A stretch of 64,000 bases of DNA from Protoeuglena noctilucae (lineage: Eukaryota): the NCBI GenBank assembly GCA_958009085.1, contig OY253679.1:310001-374000 (forward strand), read 5' to 3'. This document shows positions 63,727 to 64,000 of this stretch, piece after piece; positions within the stretch are counted from its first letter, which is position 1, and the number at the start of each line of letters is the position of its first letter. Both the position numbers and the translations under genes were made by a program. The notes under the pieces are model-generated. The model was not told where the DNA came from. It did not search any database and saw nothing but the letters and a program-made list of their open reading frames with translations.

Positions 63727-63926
63727 NNNNNNNNNNNNNNNNNNNNNNNNNNNNNNNNNNNNNNNNNNNNNNNNNNNNNNNNNNNNNNNNNNNNNNNNNN
63801 NNNNNNNNNNNNNNNNNNNNNNNNNNNNNNNNNNNNNNNNNNNNNNNNNNNNNNNNNNNNNNNNNNNNNNNNNNNNNNNNNNNNNNNNNNNNNNNNNNNN
63901 NNNNNNNNNNNNNNNNNNNNNNNNNN
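63727..63926. other. Assembly gap (200 N)
   Basis: Run of N. Confidence 1.
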
Positions 63927-64000
63927 GACCGCCCACGAGTACTGCGAGATAATATTTATCAAGAGTTACTGACATATAGCACTTGTTGCACAAAGTTCAC
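63927..64000 (+). repeat. Exact repeat of 62530-62603
   Basis: gaccgcccacgagtactgcgagataatatttatcaagagttactgacatatagcacttgttgcacaaagttcac occurs at both positions. Confidence 0.95.

Overview
GC-rich, intron-rich eukaryotic nuclear DNA, most likely a flagellated green alga (inference: it has ciliary genes WDR78/IC138, IFT81 and RPGRIP1L-like, plastid-targeted fibrillin, coproporphyrinogen oxidase and PAM71-HL, and a plant-type serine galactosyltransferase). I reconstructed 15 densely packed multi-exon genes by hand from 176 to 60001. After them comes a repeat block with a 5'-truncated L1-clade LINE, an identical partial copy, an inverted diverged fragment, an unknown intron-containing ORF and a 200-N gap. 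The main signals are: (1) at least 12 introns carry internal 'echo' copies of their own exon-intron junction, splice site included; (2) about 22 in-frame GC-AG introns among roughly 110-120 introns (manual estimate); (3) introns with G-rich 5' halves and complementary C-rich 3' halves; (4) a roughly 865-nt highly structured RNA-like segment behind the LINE ORF; (5) all 15 host genes end in TGA; (6) unusual protein architectures (RPGRIP1L with EF-hands, membrane-anchored SET domain, ARM/multipass protein with CP heme-type motifs). Gene models are hand-derived, with no database searches or RNA evidence.
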